Assembly (NCBI RefSeq): GCF_006345805.1
Contig: NC_043003.1
Span: 22,568,001 to 22,632,000, forward strand
Origin: Octopus sinensis
Lineage: Eukaryota
Length of the DNA stretch: 64,000 nt
Direction of reading: 5' to 3'
Shown: one piece after another, positions 38,671-51,949 of the stretch
Layout: every line of letters starts with the position of its first letter
How positions within the stretch are numbered: position 1 is the stretch's first letter
Position numbers and translations under genes: made by a program
Notes under the pieces: generated by a model
The model's database searches: none
Seen by the model: the letters and a program-made list of their open reading frames with translations, nothing else
Told to the model about the DNA's origin: nothing

Positions 38671-38934
38671 GCTACCTAACCCCAAAATGGCAGAAATTCA
38701 AAAGATAGTGCTCATGGGAACTGCTCATATCCTACGCAAAATACTTTCTTCGTAATCTCAAGTTTTAAAACAAACATAATTTTCGTATGGTTTTTTAGGC
38801 ATTCACTAGTACAAAACCAAATATATGGCACCCTAGGCATAACACCAACATGAACTTCCAACTTGTTGTCTCTTGAGGTCTCTGGGTGAGACTTGGAGCC
38901 AGCTTGTGTAAATGTAAAGCAAAAGTCAAACATA

Positions 38935-38966
<32 letters not shown>
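38671..38966 (+). mobile_element. RLE-type (R4/Dong-like) LINE 3' end
   Basis: Translates PKMAEIQKIVLMGTAHILRKILSS* (stop 38753-55), followed by a 3' UTR and (AAT)n tail; (AAT)n also lies upstream. Confidence 0.8.
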
Positions 38967-39488
38967 CTGGATCATAGATATAGCATGCCCAGCTGACAAG
39001 GTATATGATGAGGAAGAAAGGAAAGTTGATAGATATGACAGGTTAGCTCATAGCAGTTGTGGTTGCTGTAATATCCTCGTTGTTGTTGACATCAGACTAT
39101 TGTCATTGTTGTCATCAACATTGTCATCATAGTTATGATTTCTGTAACTCTTACAACTTATATGATAAAATACTGACGACATTGATGATGGTGATAGCAA
39201 TGATAGTGATGAGGGTGATGATTATGATGATGACGATGGTAACAACTTCTTTTATTATCTAAAGCAGGATTCTGAATCTCCTATCCTTTTTGCTTGCATT
39301 AATGTTTTTGGAAATTGTTTCCCGATAAGGTCCTCAAAATCTCAGATGGAAAAATGTTAATAGTAAAACTAGCTATCTCAAAGAGTAACTTTTAATAAAG
39401 ATGTTACATATTTTTTAAAAGATTTTCTGCTGATTATTTTTAATAGTAACTGTTGTTTTATCTGTAATAACTCTATCAGTTGTTTAAG

Positions 39489-39526
<38 letters not shown>

Positions 39527-39928
39527 AACTGAGTTATATATAAAAAGTGTTACTAGTTTGAGGTTATCAATCTGACCAAAATACTGTATAAGCTCTCTGT
39601 TAGCACACCAGGTTAACAATATTGTTTAGATTAGTAAAGAATTCTGCGTATGCTTGTGGAAGCGGTCTGAGGTTATGGTTCATCACCATTGTATATTGTA
39701 AATCCATGGTTGTTTTCCAGTATATATATATTATATATATATATATATATATCTTGAAAAATGTGTGAAATCTTTGGTACATTTAAGTATATTTGAAAAA
39801 AGAAAAAGAATGACTTCACTGGTAGTTATAATCAGTTTAATTTATTATTTTTAAAATTTTTAAATAATATAAATTTTAGTTCATATAAATTTTTAAATTT
39901 TTTAAAATAAATTTAGTTCATATTTTTC

Positions 39929-40260
39929 TGTGTGAGAGAAGCTCCAAGGAATCGCTACAAAGACTGCCTCAAGAAGTCTCTAACAGCATGTCATATTGAC
40001 CACCAGTGCTGGTCAGACCTGGTTGCGGACCATGATGTCTGGCACCACACAATCTTCAACGCAGTCAGTGAGTTTGAAGAACAAAGAAGAGATGCACTTA
40101 AAGACAATAGATGCAAGAGAAAGGTGCAAGCCACCTCTGACACCACACCGGATGTTACCTTCGTCTGTGGACACTGCTCACGGACCTGCCTTTCCCATAT
40201 CGGACTTGTCAGACAAGAGTGTGCATGCACACAACATGGATAACCTTCCTGATCGAGCCT

Positions 40261-40262
<2 letters not shown>
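39929..40262 (+). mobile_element. RTE-clade LINE 3' fragment (ORF C-terminus)
   Basis: ORF 39932-40243: PRNRYKDCLKKSL...WSDLVADHDVWHHTI...FVCGHCSRTCLSHIGL, the typical RTE C-terminal pattern ending in a Cys-rich finger. Confidence 0.85.
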
Positions 40263-40316
<54 letters not shown>

Positions 40317-40469
40317 ACTTGTATGTGTGTATGCAAGTATATGCATACATATGTATGTATTTTCATCTTTTATCTTTTTCCTTTTACTAGTTTCAGCCAG
40401 AAGCTGAGGCCATGCTGGGGCACTACCTTTCAGTGTGTTTGGGTTTCTTTTCTGTACAGTTTCTGGTGA

Positions 40470-40860
40470 AATAGCAAGTTAGATGGGACTGCTCTTCTTT
40501 GGTCCTTCAATGGTTTATTTCATATTTCAGTTAAAAATCTGTCCAGATGCTCTTTCAAGACCTCTACATCTATACCTCACAAAACCCTGGGGCTGTTAGG
40601 CAGAATGATGAATAGTTGCAGAGCCTTGAAACACAAGCTATTACAGTACTGGGTCCTTCTTCTTGATGGAGAAGATGGGATCTTCAGTACTGTACAATTC
40701 TGTCCTGTTCAGTGGTTGGTAGAGCTTTCCATTTCAAGGTCGGGAGCTGGACCTTCCAGAATCTTCCATGTCATTCAGCTGCATATAGTTGAAGTACTCA
40801 ACTTGATCAGGCTTCCTTCGGTTTCTCACTTGAATCCAATTATATAGTGTCTATACACAG
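40470..40860 (-). mobile_element. CR1-type LINE ORF2 C-terminal remnant (in-frame stops)
   Basis: Minus strand translates WKILEGPAPDLEMESSTNH*TGQNCTVLKIPSSPSRRRTQYCNSLCFKALQLFIILPNSPRVL*GIDVEVLKEHLDRFLTEI*NKP. Confidence 0.7.
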
Positions 40861-40944
40861 TAAGTGAGCAATACAGGATTTCAGGAGTTTATCCAAAGCT
40901 TGAAGATTGGACCCTGATCTGTATGGTAATGTGTTGAGCATTAT

Positions 40945-41749
<805 letters not shown>

Positions 41750-42789
41750 AAATAAGCGTTGAAATATTTGTTTTTCATTAAACATGTTATTATCTAAAGT
41801 AAAAAGAAAACAAAAAAACAATTATCACGTTAAATTTTGTCTTTCATAAAGTGTGTTGCAGAAGCAAGCACAAAAATTCGTTAGAGATAATTATTTTGAG
41901 TATCATATCTATATGCATGTGTAAGTATATGTATGCATGTGTGTGCATGTGTTTATGTGTGCATGTGCATGTGCACTATGTGTAAATGTTTTAAAAGCAC
42001 ATACATACATATAACCACATTCATACATATATGCAAACATACATGAATGTTTACATATATACAAACATACATGGATGCAGATATAAATGCATACATACCT
42101 TCATACATATACACATACATAGATACATATATACATATGGGAAGCTTACAGCTCTTATATTCAGGCAATGGGAATTATTTGAACCTATTATCATAGGTGC
42201 ATCATAACAAAATATATACATAGAAGCTTTGAAATACTCAAGTTCTCCAAATATAAGAACCAAACTATCTGATTGGCAATTCTCCAACTACATCTGATTA
42301 GTGTCACAGTGAAAATTTATAAAACATTCCAGGGCTTCTCCATTTGAAGTTCCTGTTCTGAACACATGGATACAACCATATATGCATATAGAATACATGG
42401 CCACAGAATTTATACACACGCAAGCCGTAATTAAGCACGCACACATGTATACTAATGTGGCATGCACATACATTGAATAAGTGCATTTTCCTCACACATA
42501 TATCTACACATATACATGCACCAACTAATTCAAACATCTAGAAACTCTAGGAGCTCTTTTGACTTAAACAAAAAAAAAAAAAGCCTTGTTACTTTGTTAG
42601 TGGCTGACTTGAATTTTTCAAAGAAAAAGAAAATCATAAATAAATGCCCCCTCAAAACACAAATACATACATGCATATAAGCATATATAGATACATATAT
42701 ATGTACATTTATATAAGCATATATAAACACATATTTACATACAAGCATAAATACAAGTAAAGTTACAGAAGCATTGATAATAGTTCAAA

Positions 42790-42985
42790 ATCAACGAGAG
42801 TTAGGAGAGGAAGACCTTTCCTCAGTCAAATATATGACACATCACTGCAAATTCTGAAAGGAAGCTGCAAGGAAGAGCATAGACCCAGTTGGAGAGAACC
42901 AGAAAAAAACAGCCGAAAGTCAAGAACAGTAGAGAAAAATTGTCGATGGCCTATCCTCCATTGGAAGCAAAGGGCCTAACAGAAG
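42790..42985 (+). mobile_element. Highly decayed RTE-like 3' end
   Basis: Ends GTC GAT GGC CTA TCC TCC ATT GGA AGC (VDGLSSIGS), resembling RTE C-termini. Confidence 0.4.
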
Positions 42986-43430
42986 CACTTATTCTAATAG
43001 TATTTTTTCTTTTGCTGAACTGCCATGTTACAGGAACATAAACGAATGTATACTGGCTAACAAGTAGTGAGAGACAACTACAAGCATTCATATGGACTCA
43101 CACATGCTCCTACATGCAGAGAACAGGTTTCCATATAGTCTCCATTTACCAAATTCACTCACAAGGCAACGGCCAACCCAGAGTTATAATAAAAGACATT
43201 TGTCCAAAGTGCCATGCAGTGGGACTGAACTCATGTTACATGTGGTTGTGACGCAAACTTCTTAACTATGCAGTCGTAACTCTGCTTATAATTTGCAAAG
43301 AATGGGAATTTGTGACACTGACACTTATCCCTCTAAAATATATTATGAAGTTAACTGGCTAAATCAGGGAGTGAAAACTATGTTTCAGTAAATAGTTAAT
43401 CAATAACTTAGCACCGGGTTGAATGATTAT

Positions 43431-43468
<38 letters not shown>

Positions 43469-43576
43469 TTTCTGACACTGAAGCAAAATTTAACATTTAT
43501 TTTTGTAGTCAATTTAATCAATACCCAAGACTTAATTGCTATTTATTTGTCAAAGTCAGAAGAGAGAAATAGAACC

Positions 43577-43633
<57 letters not shown>

Positions 43634-43904
43634 AGAGAGAGAGAAAGAAAGAGATTGATTGCATTGGATATGAAAACCTCTAGTGCTCCCTTCTGGAGCT
43701 GGTGACCTATGGGAGAATGATCAGTTTAAAATACTTCAGCATTTGCTTAAGGACTTCCTAAACTTATCATCCTTTTTGTAGAGTCCAGAAAGATACATTT
43801 TATATTTCCACCAACAGTAGGCAGAATTTGAATCCTAAACACTCAGAACATTGACAAGGTACACAACCGGAACAAATACAATATGACAACTAAGCAATTT
43901 TACT

Positions 43905-44555
43905 AATCAACCACCTTTGATTGGTACTTTAATTATTGGCCCTGAAAGAACGAAAGGCAAAGTTGACCACGATGGGATTTGAAATCAGTGAGCTGGGGGT
44001 TTGAACTCAGGAAGTAAAGGATTGAAAACAAGACATTTCACCTAATATGGTAATGATTCCACCACTCCACTTTCCTCACCATAACAACAGCAACAACAGC
44101 ATTAACAATAAGGAATGACTTAAAATTTTGGCACTAGGCCATCAATTCCAGGGGTGGAGTGGGGGGCAGTAAGTTGATTCTGACCCCAGTGTCTAACTGG
44201 TATTTATTTTATCAACATCCAAAAGGATGAAAGGTAAAGTCGACCTTAGCAGATTTTGAATTCAGAATGTAAAGATGGATAAAATGCCACTAAGCATTGC
44301 TAATGATCTTGTCAGCTTGTCCCCTTAATAATCCTTTCTATTATGAGCATGAGGCCTGAAATTTAGGGGAGGGAAATAGTCAATTGCATTGACCCCAGTA
44401 ATCAATTTGTATTTATTTTATCAACCCTGAAAGGATGAAAGGCAAAGTTGACCTTGACAGAATTTGAACTCAGAACATAAAGACAGATGAAATACTGCTA
44501 GGCATTTCCTCCAGTATACTAAGGATACTGCCAGCTTGCCACTTTTTGCCTCCTT
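43905..44555 (-). mobile_element. Three tandem family A SINE copies
   Basis: Three repeats of GAAAGG(C/T)AAAGTYGACC...TTTGAAYTCAG in one orientation; further copies at 44858-45020 and 45800-45935. Confidence 0.85.
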
Positions 44556-44612
44556 AATAATGACATGCAATAAGAAGAGCATGATATGATTTGTAATAAA
44601 TAGAGATTGATT

Positions 44613-44844
44613 CTGTTTATTGAACTGAACAATATCTTGACACTATGTTTGTCTTCCTTGGGTTCAAAAGAAAAAATGAAAAGAATACAGAAATATGGAA
44701 ACACAAAGTATGAATGGGAATATCCTGCATTCCTTTTTCTTCTATCTAAAATGGAACACAAGGCTATTGCATTCTTCTCATTTTTCATTTTGAACCTGAG
44801 GAAGACAAACATACTGTTGAATTATTGTTCAACTCAATAAACAG
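44613..44844. repeat. Diverged fold-back, about 78-bp arms, with decayed hammerhead motifs
   Basis: CTGTTTATTGAA...AAGAATAC versus GCATTCTT...TCAATAAACAG. Right arm reads TTGAAC-CTGAGGA-A-GACA...TGTT-GAA-TTAT-T-GTTCAA (44790-44832). Confidence 0.8.
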
Positions 44845-46545
44845 CCCACTGCCCTTCGTTTCTGATTTAGGCAAAAGGCCAGCGATCTTGTGTAAAGTAC
44901 TCGACTGATACTTTAATTTATTGACTGCTAAAAATGAGAGGTTAGAGTTGGACCTGGCAGGATTTGAACTCAGAATGTAGTTAGCTGGAAGAAATATTGC
45001 AAGGCATGTTAATGATTCCAGAACCTGTAGTAATTATTAGAGACAGTTATAATAATAATTTTCAAATACAGATATATAAGCATATATAAGAGGCAATATG
45101 TGATAGGTGTAAGCAAGAATTTATGAAGTTCAAATTTTTTACAATAACATAAGCAGGCTCCGGTAAAGATTTAAAGTCAGACTACATAATTAAATTAAAC
45201 ACAAATGAGCTAAGAAAAATAACCTACAGTGGCCAGTGGCATGTGTATGAACACTATACACAAATACAGGTCTGTCAATTATCATCCAGCATAAACTGTT
45301 GATTTATTGAAATTATCTCCACCTCTAGATGATATATTATAATTACCAAATGGCAATTGAGACTAGCGCTATATGAGAAGGGGATATAATCTCAAGAATT
45401 AAGAATTCTCCAAAACTGACATGCCATGAAGGAAAAAGACAGGCTTGTTGTCTGGAGATAAGAGTATGCTTCTGTCAGTTGATAATAACTTCAATAATAA
45501 TTATTAAGTAAACAGTAAGATCTGAGGAAACTAGTACCCTCAATCTTTCGATATGGACATCACCACAAAAAAAAAAAAAAAATGGTTCTGCTTGAAATAT
45601 CAAATGTTTCCTCTATTTACATTGCAAACTAAACTAATCCATTTGTCTTATAATAATTACAATAATAATTATTTTAATAATAATGTTATAATAATTATAA
45701 TAATAATAATGTTATAATAATTATAATAAATAAGTCTAATAATAATTATATTTTCTCATTATGGTTGTCATGGTGACATCAATTTGTCAAACCTACCCTA
45801 GTATATAATTGGTATTTATTTTGTTTATCGAATCTGCAATAAGGAATAAACAAAGCTGGCTCTAGCAGGATTGGAATTCAGAATGCAGAGGAGTGAAACC
45901 AAATGCTATATGGCATTTACCCATTCTGGGATTTTCCACTATTTCTACTCTGTCACAATCTTTTATTCTCATCCTCTTATTTCTCCTCCCACCTCTTCTC
46001 CCTTCTCTTTACATTATTATTTCAAAATCTGCTCCCACCACCAACTTCTGACACTGTGCTGGCATCCTTTGAACGGCATTGCTGTAGTAGAGCACATTGA
46101 CACCGCTTTTGATCTATTGTCATCTCATCCATGAAGCATGACGTACTGACATCTAGCCCCATCTCTTCACTTCTTTCTTTCTCATCTCTTCCTTCTCAAA
46201 AACATGAATAAATTTCCACTGTCAACCAAAGCAAAGCAACATTCTTTTCTGTTTTTTGTTTAGCCTTTCATTCAAGAAATTAATGTCTTCCATTTGCATC
46301 ACCATAGCCATAGAAGCTGAGCGGCCTTTTTTACTGCACACATTTGTTGATGTTGCCTTTAATGCCTTTTATGCCTTAAATCCAATAAGGTTCTGTTAAG
46401 GCCCTCACCACCTCTAGGTATAATAAAATAAATACCATCACGGTATAATGATTATAGGATCAAAAAACAATACCCTTTTCACCTCATCATAAAAAGACAG
46501 GTCCCAAGTTCAATGCAGTGAATACACTTTCATCCTCATTATGTG

Positions 46546-46583
<38 letters not shown>

Positions 46584-47301
46584 TACACACACACACATGC
46601 ACACACATACATACACACACATTCTGTATCAAGCACCTGTGATTGTGAAAATGATTGAATAAAGTGTTCTTTTTTAAATAGTTGATTTAACAAATTTTGA
46701 TTCTATAACTGACAGGTAGATGACTCTACCTGTCAATTATAGAATTACAAAGTAGAGAGAAGAAGCGATTAACTAGTCAGGTAAATTGCATCAAATAATA
46801 ACACCAAGTGGATTAGCTACATTAATTAACATAATGAACAGTAATTAACTCTAGTGGATTAATTATATTAATTAACAGATCTATTATAGTATAGACATAA
46901 CATTTTGTCATAGGTAATGTAGTTAGGTTTCTCTGTCTTTGTTCATCAAAGCTCTTCCTTATTATTGGTGTTGTTATTATTATTGTTATTTTTAGTCTAT
47001 GTCTTTCATCCTTTTGGGGTTGATAAAATAAAGTACCAATCAGGTAGAGGGGTAATTTAATCTAATAGTCTCTTCCTCTAAAAAGGAGAAAAAACAAAAA
47101 AATCTACACCTGAGAACTTGAACCTATATTAGGAAGAGTTTTCATTATATTTTGTCTTTTCGTGGAATTAGTGTTGTATCTAGTTTACTTCTACTTTCTG
47201 TCAGACCACAACTTGTGGTCCAAGATAAGGAGCATTTTCTACCTTCCGTATAAAAGATTTTTCCACTCTTTGTATCTGTTCTTAGGCTCTACATATTTGT
47301 T

Positions 47302-47354
<53 letters not shown>

Positions 47355-47379
47355 ATTATTATTATTATTATTATTATTC

Positions 47380-47563
47380 AGTAGTTTTATTTTTATAGCG
47401 TGCTTTCACTTCGCTACCGAGCGCAGCTCTGTGTGCCTTGGGTATGTGCTGTGATTTGTTGTGATGCTCTGATGGTTACTGTATTGAAAGTGTTTTGCAT
47501 AGTATGTGTGCAGCGCCCAGTAGTGCAATTTTCTGTATGTTATGTAGTGCAATTTTCTGTATG

Positions 47564-47566
<3 letters not shown>
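47380..47566 (-). mobile_element. RLE-type (R4/Dong-like) LINE 3' end
   Basis: Minus strand NIQKIALLGAAHILCKTLSIQ* followed by a 3' UTR; embedded in (TAA)n on both sides. Confidence 0.8.
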
Positions 47567-47595
<29 letters not shown>

Positions 47596-47609
47596 AATCA
47601 TCATCTAGG

Positions 47610-47711
47610 CAATAAGAAGAGTGCGATGTGATTTGCAATGGATTGTTTATTTAACGGTTTGCAACATTAAATAAACAATTTATTACAAATTACAGCACAA
47701 TCTTCTTATTG
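47610..47711. repeat. Inverted repeat, about 45-bp arms
   Basis: CAATAAGAAGA...TGTTTATTTAA versus TTAAATAAACA...TCTTCTTATTG; homologous to 44569-44625. Confidence 0.8.
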
Positions 47712-47821
47712 TTTATTTACCTTCACGATGAGTTACATCAATCTTTATAAAATATTATTATTGTTGTTGTTTTTGCTGATGTTGTTGTTATTTTTGTTGT
47801 TGTTGTTATTATTTATTATTT

Positions 47822-48066
47822 CTATCATCATTGTTCAAAAGCTACGGCATCCTATATCAGTTAGCAGGAATGTTTGTCTTGAGGCTTGGTGACAACGGGT
47901 CTCCTCAATTCTCTCAAGAATGCTTCTTAGGATTCATGCATAAAAAAGAATTGTACCTTTCTGCAGGTTGTCAATGTGATTCTCTTAGGTAGCAGTTTGT
48001 GTGTGTTGTGCCACTTGCACCAATTATCACAAGAACTATTATCATTTTAATCTTCCTAAATCAGCC
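47822..48066 (-). mobile_element. RLE-type LINE 3' end (different subfamily)
   Basis: Minus strand KIKMIIVLVIIGASGT...[frameshift] LQKGTILFYA*ILRSILE. Confidence 0.6.
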
Positions 48067-48096
48067 CCTTTTGCTATCATCATCATCATCATCATC

Positions 48097-48173
<77 letters not shown>

Positions 48174-48314
48174 TGTTGTTATTGTTATTATTGTTGTTAT
48201 TATTATTAATCTATGAAGATTGACATAACTCTTGACAAAGGTAAATAAGTTATTAGGGCATAATATAATTTGTAATTGAATTGTTTACTGAATTCAATAA
48301 ACAGATTCAATCTC

Positions 48315-48365
<51 letters not shown>

Positions 48366-48390
48366 CATCATCATCATCATTATCATTACT

Positions 48391-48542
48391 ATTCAGTAGT
48401 CTTATTTTTATCACTGCACCACCGAATGCAGCTTTGTATGACTTGGGTACATGATGTGGTTTGTTTTGGTGTTTTTATTTTTACTGCATTGAAAGTGCTT
48501 TATATTGGATGTGTTTGGTGCCTAGCAGTGCTATTTTTTGCC

Positions 48543-48547
<5 letters not shown>
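48391..48547 (-). mobile_element. RLE-type (R4/Dong-like) LINE 3' end
   Basis: Minus strand NRQKIALLGTKHIQYKALSMQ*; homologous to 47380-47566; (TAA)n flanks. Confidence 0.75.
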
Positions 48548-48580
<33 letters not shown>

Positions 48581-49129
48581 TATTATTATTATTATCATTG
48601 ATGCTTTTGTTGTTGTTGTACACTGTGTTGTTGTTATCTATTTATTAGTTTCATCTTTATTCTTTGTGTTTGGTCTCACCTTTTTACTCCATGTAAATTC
48701 TCCCCACCTTTTACACACTGTTTCATGTTTGTTATTTTCTTTAGTGTTTCATCTTTTGTATTTCAGCACTTTGTATTATCTCCCATTGTCTTGAACTCTT
48801 TAGTCTTAACCCTTTCGTAGTGAAATGAACTTTCATTGTTATTCCAGTAATGATTTTTACACTTCTCTCTAAAGATAGAATTACTATTTTCTGCTAGTCA
48901 TGTTGCTTCGCAGAAAAAGGAAAAAAATGACATATCTCAACAAAAAAAATAGTTTCAAATATGACATTCTTCTACAAAAAATAGACTGGTATATAAAATT
49001 GCTTTCCACCATTAAAGATAATGAAAATTTTAGAGGCTATATCTGATTTCCAAAACAGAAGAGTCAATAAAATAATCATAGGATACTTGAAAAAAAATGC
49101 CTTACATTATTTGGTTACAAAATAGCTGA

Positions 49130-49660
49130 TTTCAAGATTCATACAAGTCTAGTTATAGTTCTTTACATACTGAGTTCAAACCTCACTAAGGACAACTTTG
49201 CCTGTGGTCATTTAAGGCTGATGAAATAGAATAACTTTCAAGAACTTGGAGGAGGGGGAGCAATATAATTGGTTAACCTCCTCTTTAAATTTCAGGTGGC
49301 TTTGTACCTGTATAAGAAGTCATTCTTACTGAGGGTTGTGAACTGGCAGAATCAGTAGAGTGCTGGATAAAATGCCATGTGAAATTCCTTCCAGCATTTT
49401 ATGATCTTGGCTTAAATCCTGTTCAGTTCAAATTTGCTTTTCATTTCTTTTATCTTTTGGAGTGGGGGTTAGGGGTGGGGGCAATAAAATGAAGTACCAG
49501 TGAAGTCCTGAGGTTAATGTACTCCTCATAAAACTACTGATCTTGTGCCAAAATTTGAAACACTTATTATTGTTATTATCATTATGGAGTGGTGAGCTGG
49601 CTGAATTGTTAAAATTCCAGGTAAAATGCTTAGTGGTATTTTGTCTGTCTTCATGTTCTG
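49130..49660 (+). mobile_element. Family A SINE copies in plus orientation
   Basis: CTGAGTTCAAACC..., a 3' end CTTGTGCCAAAATTTGAAAC followed by (TTA)n, and a head GGTGAGCTGGCTGAATTGTT at about 49588. Confidence 0.7.
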
Positions 49661-49741
49661 AGTGGCTTTTAATGGGTAGAGAGCTGGACTATCCTGGAGT
49701 ACAGAGGATTTGCAATCTAGACTAGGGTCTGAAAGTTTACC

Positions 49742-49977
49742 ACACCATAGTGGGTTACACCATGGTTCCTCTGCTTTGTGGCACAAGTAGGAAGAAAGAG
49801 TGAGAGAAAGTTGTGGTGAAAGAGTACAGCGGGATTCAACCCCCACCCAGGCTGGAGCCTCATGCAGCTTAGGTGTTTTTGCTCAATAAACACTCACAAT
49901 GCCCGGTCTGGGAATCAAAACCGCGTTCTTATGACTGTAAGTCCGGTGCCCTAACCACACCACCATTGCACCTCCAC
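49742..49977 (-). mobile_element. tRNA-derived SINE (distinct family)
   Basis: Minus strand GTGGAGGTGCAATGGTGGTGTGGTTAGGGCACCGGACT...GGTTTTGATTCCC tRNA-like head. Confidence 0.7.
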
Positions 49978-51145
49978 TGATGCTGTTGTTACTTGATTTA
50001 CTTAATAGGATGAGTGTAAAATAAACAAACCAGCCAACCAGTCAGCCAGCCAACTAGCTAGCTAGCCAATCCAAGAAATATCTTTTGATCTATAATTATA
50101 TAATTTTTGTTCCTTACTTGGTTAATTCACCTTGTACATTCTCTGACCAGCCCTCCCTCTACCCATACACTCTTCCAGTCTCTACCTACCCACACACCCT
50201 GTTCTGTCTATACTCACTTCTGTTAACCTTCTTACACCTTGAAAGTTCACCATAACTCTTCATCCCTACTATTTTATCTTTCTCTTTCCAGTTCCAACCC
50301 AGTTACATTTTATATAATGTGAGTAGCCATGTAGCTCCTCAACAGCAAGCAATTTCTTCTGTTCTGGTCCCTGATCTCTCATCCTCTAGAAAAATCACAT
50401 CCCTCTCTATTGCAGTTCCATTCATTTGAAGGGGTCCTTAATCTTGTGAACTACATGGTAACCTCTTTAGTGCTGGCTGGTGGTCACAAAAAAAGTCATC
50501 CAGTATACTGTGTAAAGTGATTAGCATTAGGATGGCAGCCTGATTGTAAAAACCATACCAAAGCAGACACTGGAACAGGATGAAATTTTCTGGCTTATTG
50601 GACCCTGTCAAATTGGCCAACCCATGCCAACATGGAATATGGATGTTCAAAATGATGATGATGATGATGTCGATGACGATGATGATGGTGGTAGTTGTGG
50701 TGGTTTATTCCTGATGTTCATTCCATGTTGTACTCCACATTGGTCCATTGACAAGCACTTCCAGTAGCATACTCCTCTGTGAGAAGATGTTGCTGTGTCT
50801 TGCTCTTCTTACTTCCATTTCCGAAGAAAGGAATGTTATGAATACCTCCTTCTCCATCTGCTAATCCTTCTCAATCTGCCAATTCTTCTCCCAGTGTGGG
50901 GCCATGGCAGTAAAACTCTCACCCAAGGTGCCATGCAGTAGGACTGAACCTGAGACCATGTTGTTGGGAAGTGAGCTTCTTAACCACATAACCATACCTG
51001 TACCAACAATATAGATAAGTATATTTGGTAGGAAGAAAAAGAGAAAATGATTGGACGTCTGGCTCTTAACCCTGACCTTTAAACTCAACTCTGATTTTAT
51101 GTATATATTGCTTAAGTTCCATTATCTTCTTCATGCTCCTCCTCC

Positions 51146-51375
51146 TTCAGCTCTTTAGTATTTAAACCAGCTATATCTGGCTAAAATATTCTACCTGTTT
51201 TGTGTTCGTAACCAGCCAGATCTAGCCTCTCACACTTATCATACAATGTCATTCTAAGAGTAAACAATCATATAATCAAACTCTCAAATCTATGAGATAA
51301 TCCATGATTAATTCAAAACAATGTAATTAAATAAGCATTACATTTGACAGAGCAATCTGAATGCTAAAGGGTTAA
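51146..51375. mobile_element. TTAA-type (piggyBac-like) MITE, decayed left end
   Basis: Right end GAATGCTAAAGGG|TTAA; left end TTCAGCTCTTTAGTATT is an imperfect inverse. Confidence 0.5.
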
Positions 51376-51525
51376 CTCTTCCTTCTCCCATTTACTTTCC
51401 TACTTTTTCTCATAGATTACAAAATTCCAGTACTAGTTCTTCTCTGTCTAGTTGGTTAGAAATTGTCAAGTGCCCGTTCATTTTGATACCTACAAATGTC
51501 ACTTCATCCTATAATCATTTGCAGT

Positions 51526-51722
51526 GCCACTATTCTCTAGGACTTGCCCATCCAAACTGATGCAGAAATAAACGTTAACAAGCCTGACAACAGTTTCAAA
51601 GACCAAGAATATTTGGATTTGCATGCTTGTCAATATAACAATACAATTTCAAAGAAACACCTCTGTGAAAGTTACAGAGATGTTAACCAATTCTGAAGAT
51701 CTGGAGATCAAATCTCTAGGAG
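51526..51722 (+). mobile_element. Restriction-like endonuclease domain remnant of an R4/Dong-like LINE
   Basis: ATIL*DLPIQTDAEINVNKPDNSFKDQ [frameshift] CMLVNITIQFQRNTSVKVTEMLTNSEDLEIK, matching the ILWD-P-I-TD-x5-N(R/K)PD ... K..KY.DL pattern. Confidence 0.75.
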
Positions 51723-51949
51723 GTAATGTTTGAGGACCAAAATAACATTAGAAGTCACTGAAACTCTAATACAACCGTGAGTAACCTGTGGCCTGAGGGT
51801 TGCAAATGGCTTGTGCATCTTTCTGAATGGCACGCCTAATAAAAAAAATTACCTTGAATTTTTTCATGGTGTGGCCTATCTGATTAGATGTGTCTCACTC
51901 AACCTGGTTCTTGAAAAAAAGTTATCCATTCCTTCTTCAGTACTTATGA

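Noticed and set aside
45400-45500. Possible Penelope RT remnant (D-R-L-V-V-W-R-*-E-Y)
   Set aside because: Only a few residues resemble the ADKG..VVW motif, with many stops; not distinguishable from chance without an HMM search.
50705-50860. Minus-strand open stretch of about 50 codons (MEKEVFITFLSSEMEVRRARH…)
   Set aside because: No polypyrimidine acceptor and no recognisable family; possibly a decayed TE.
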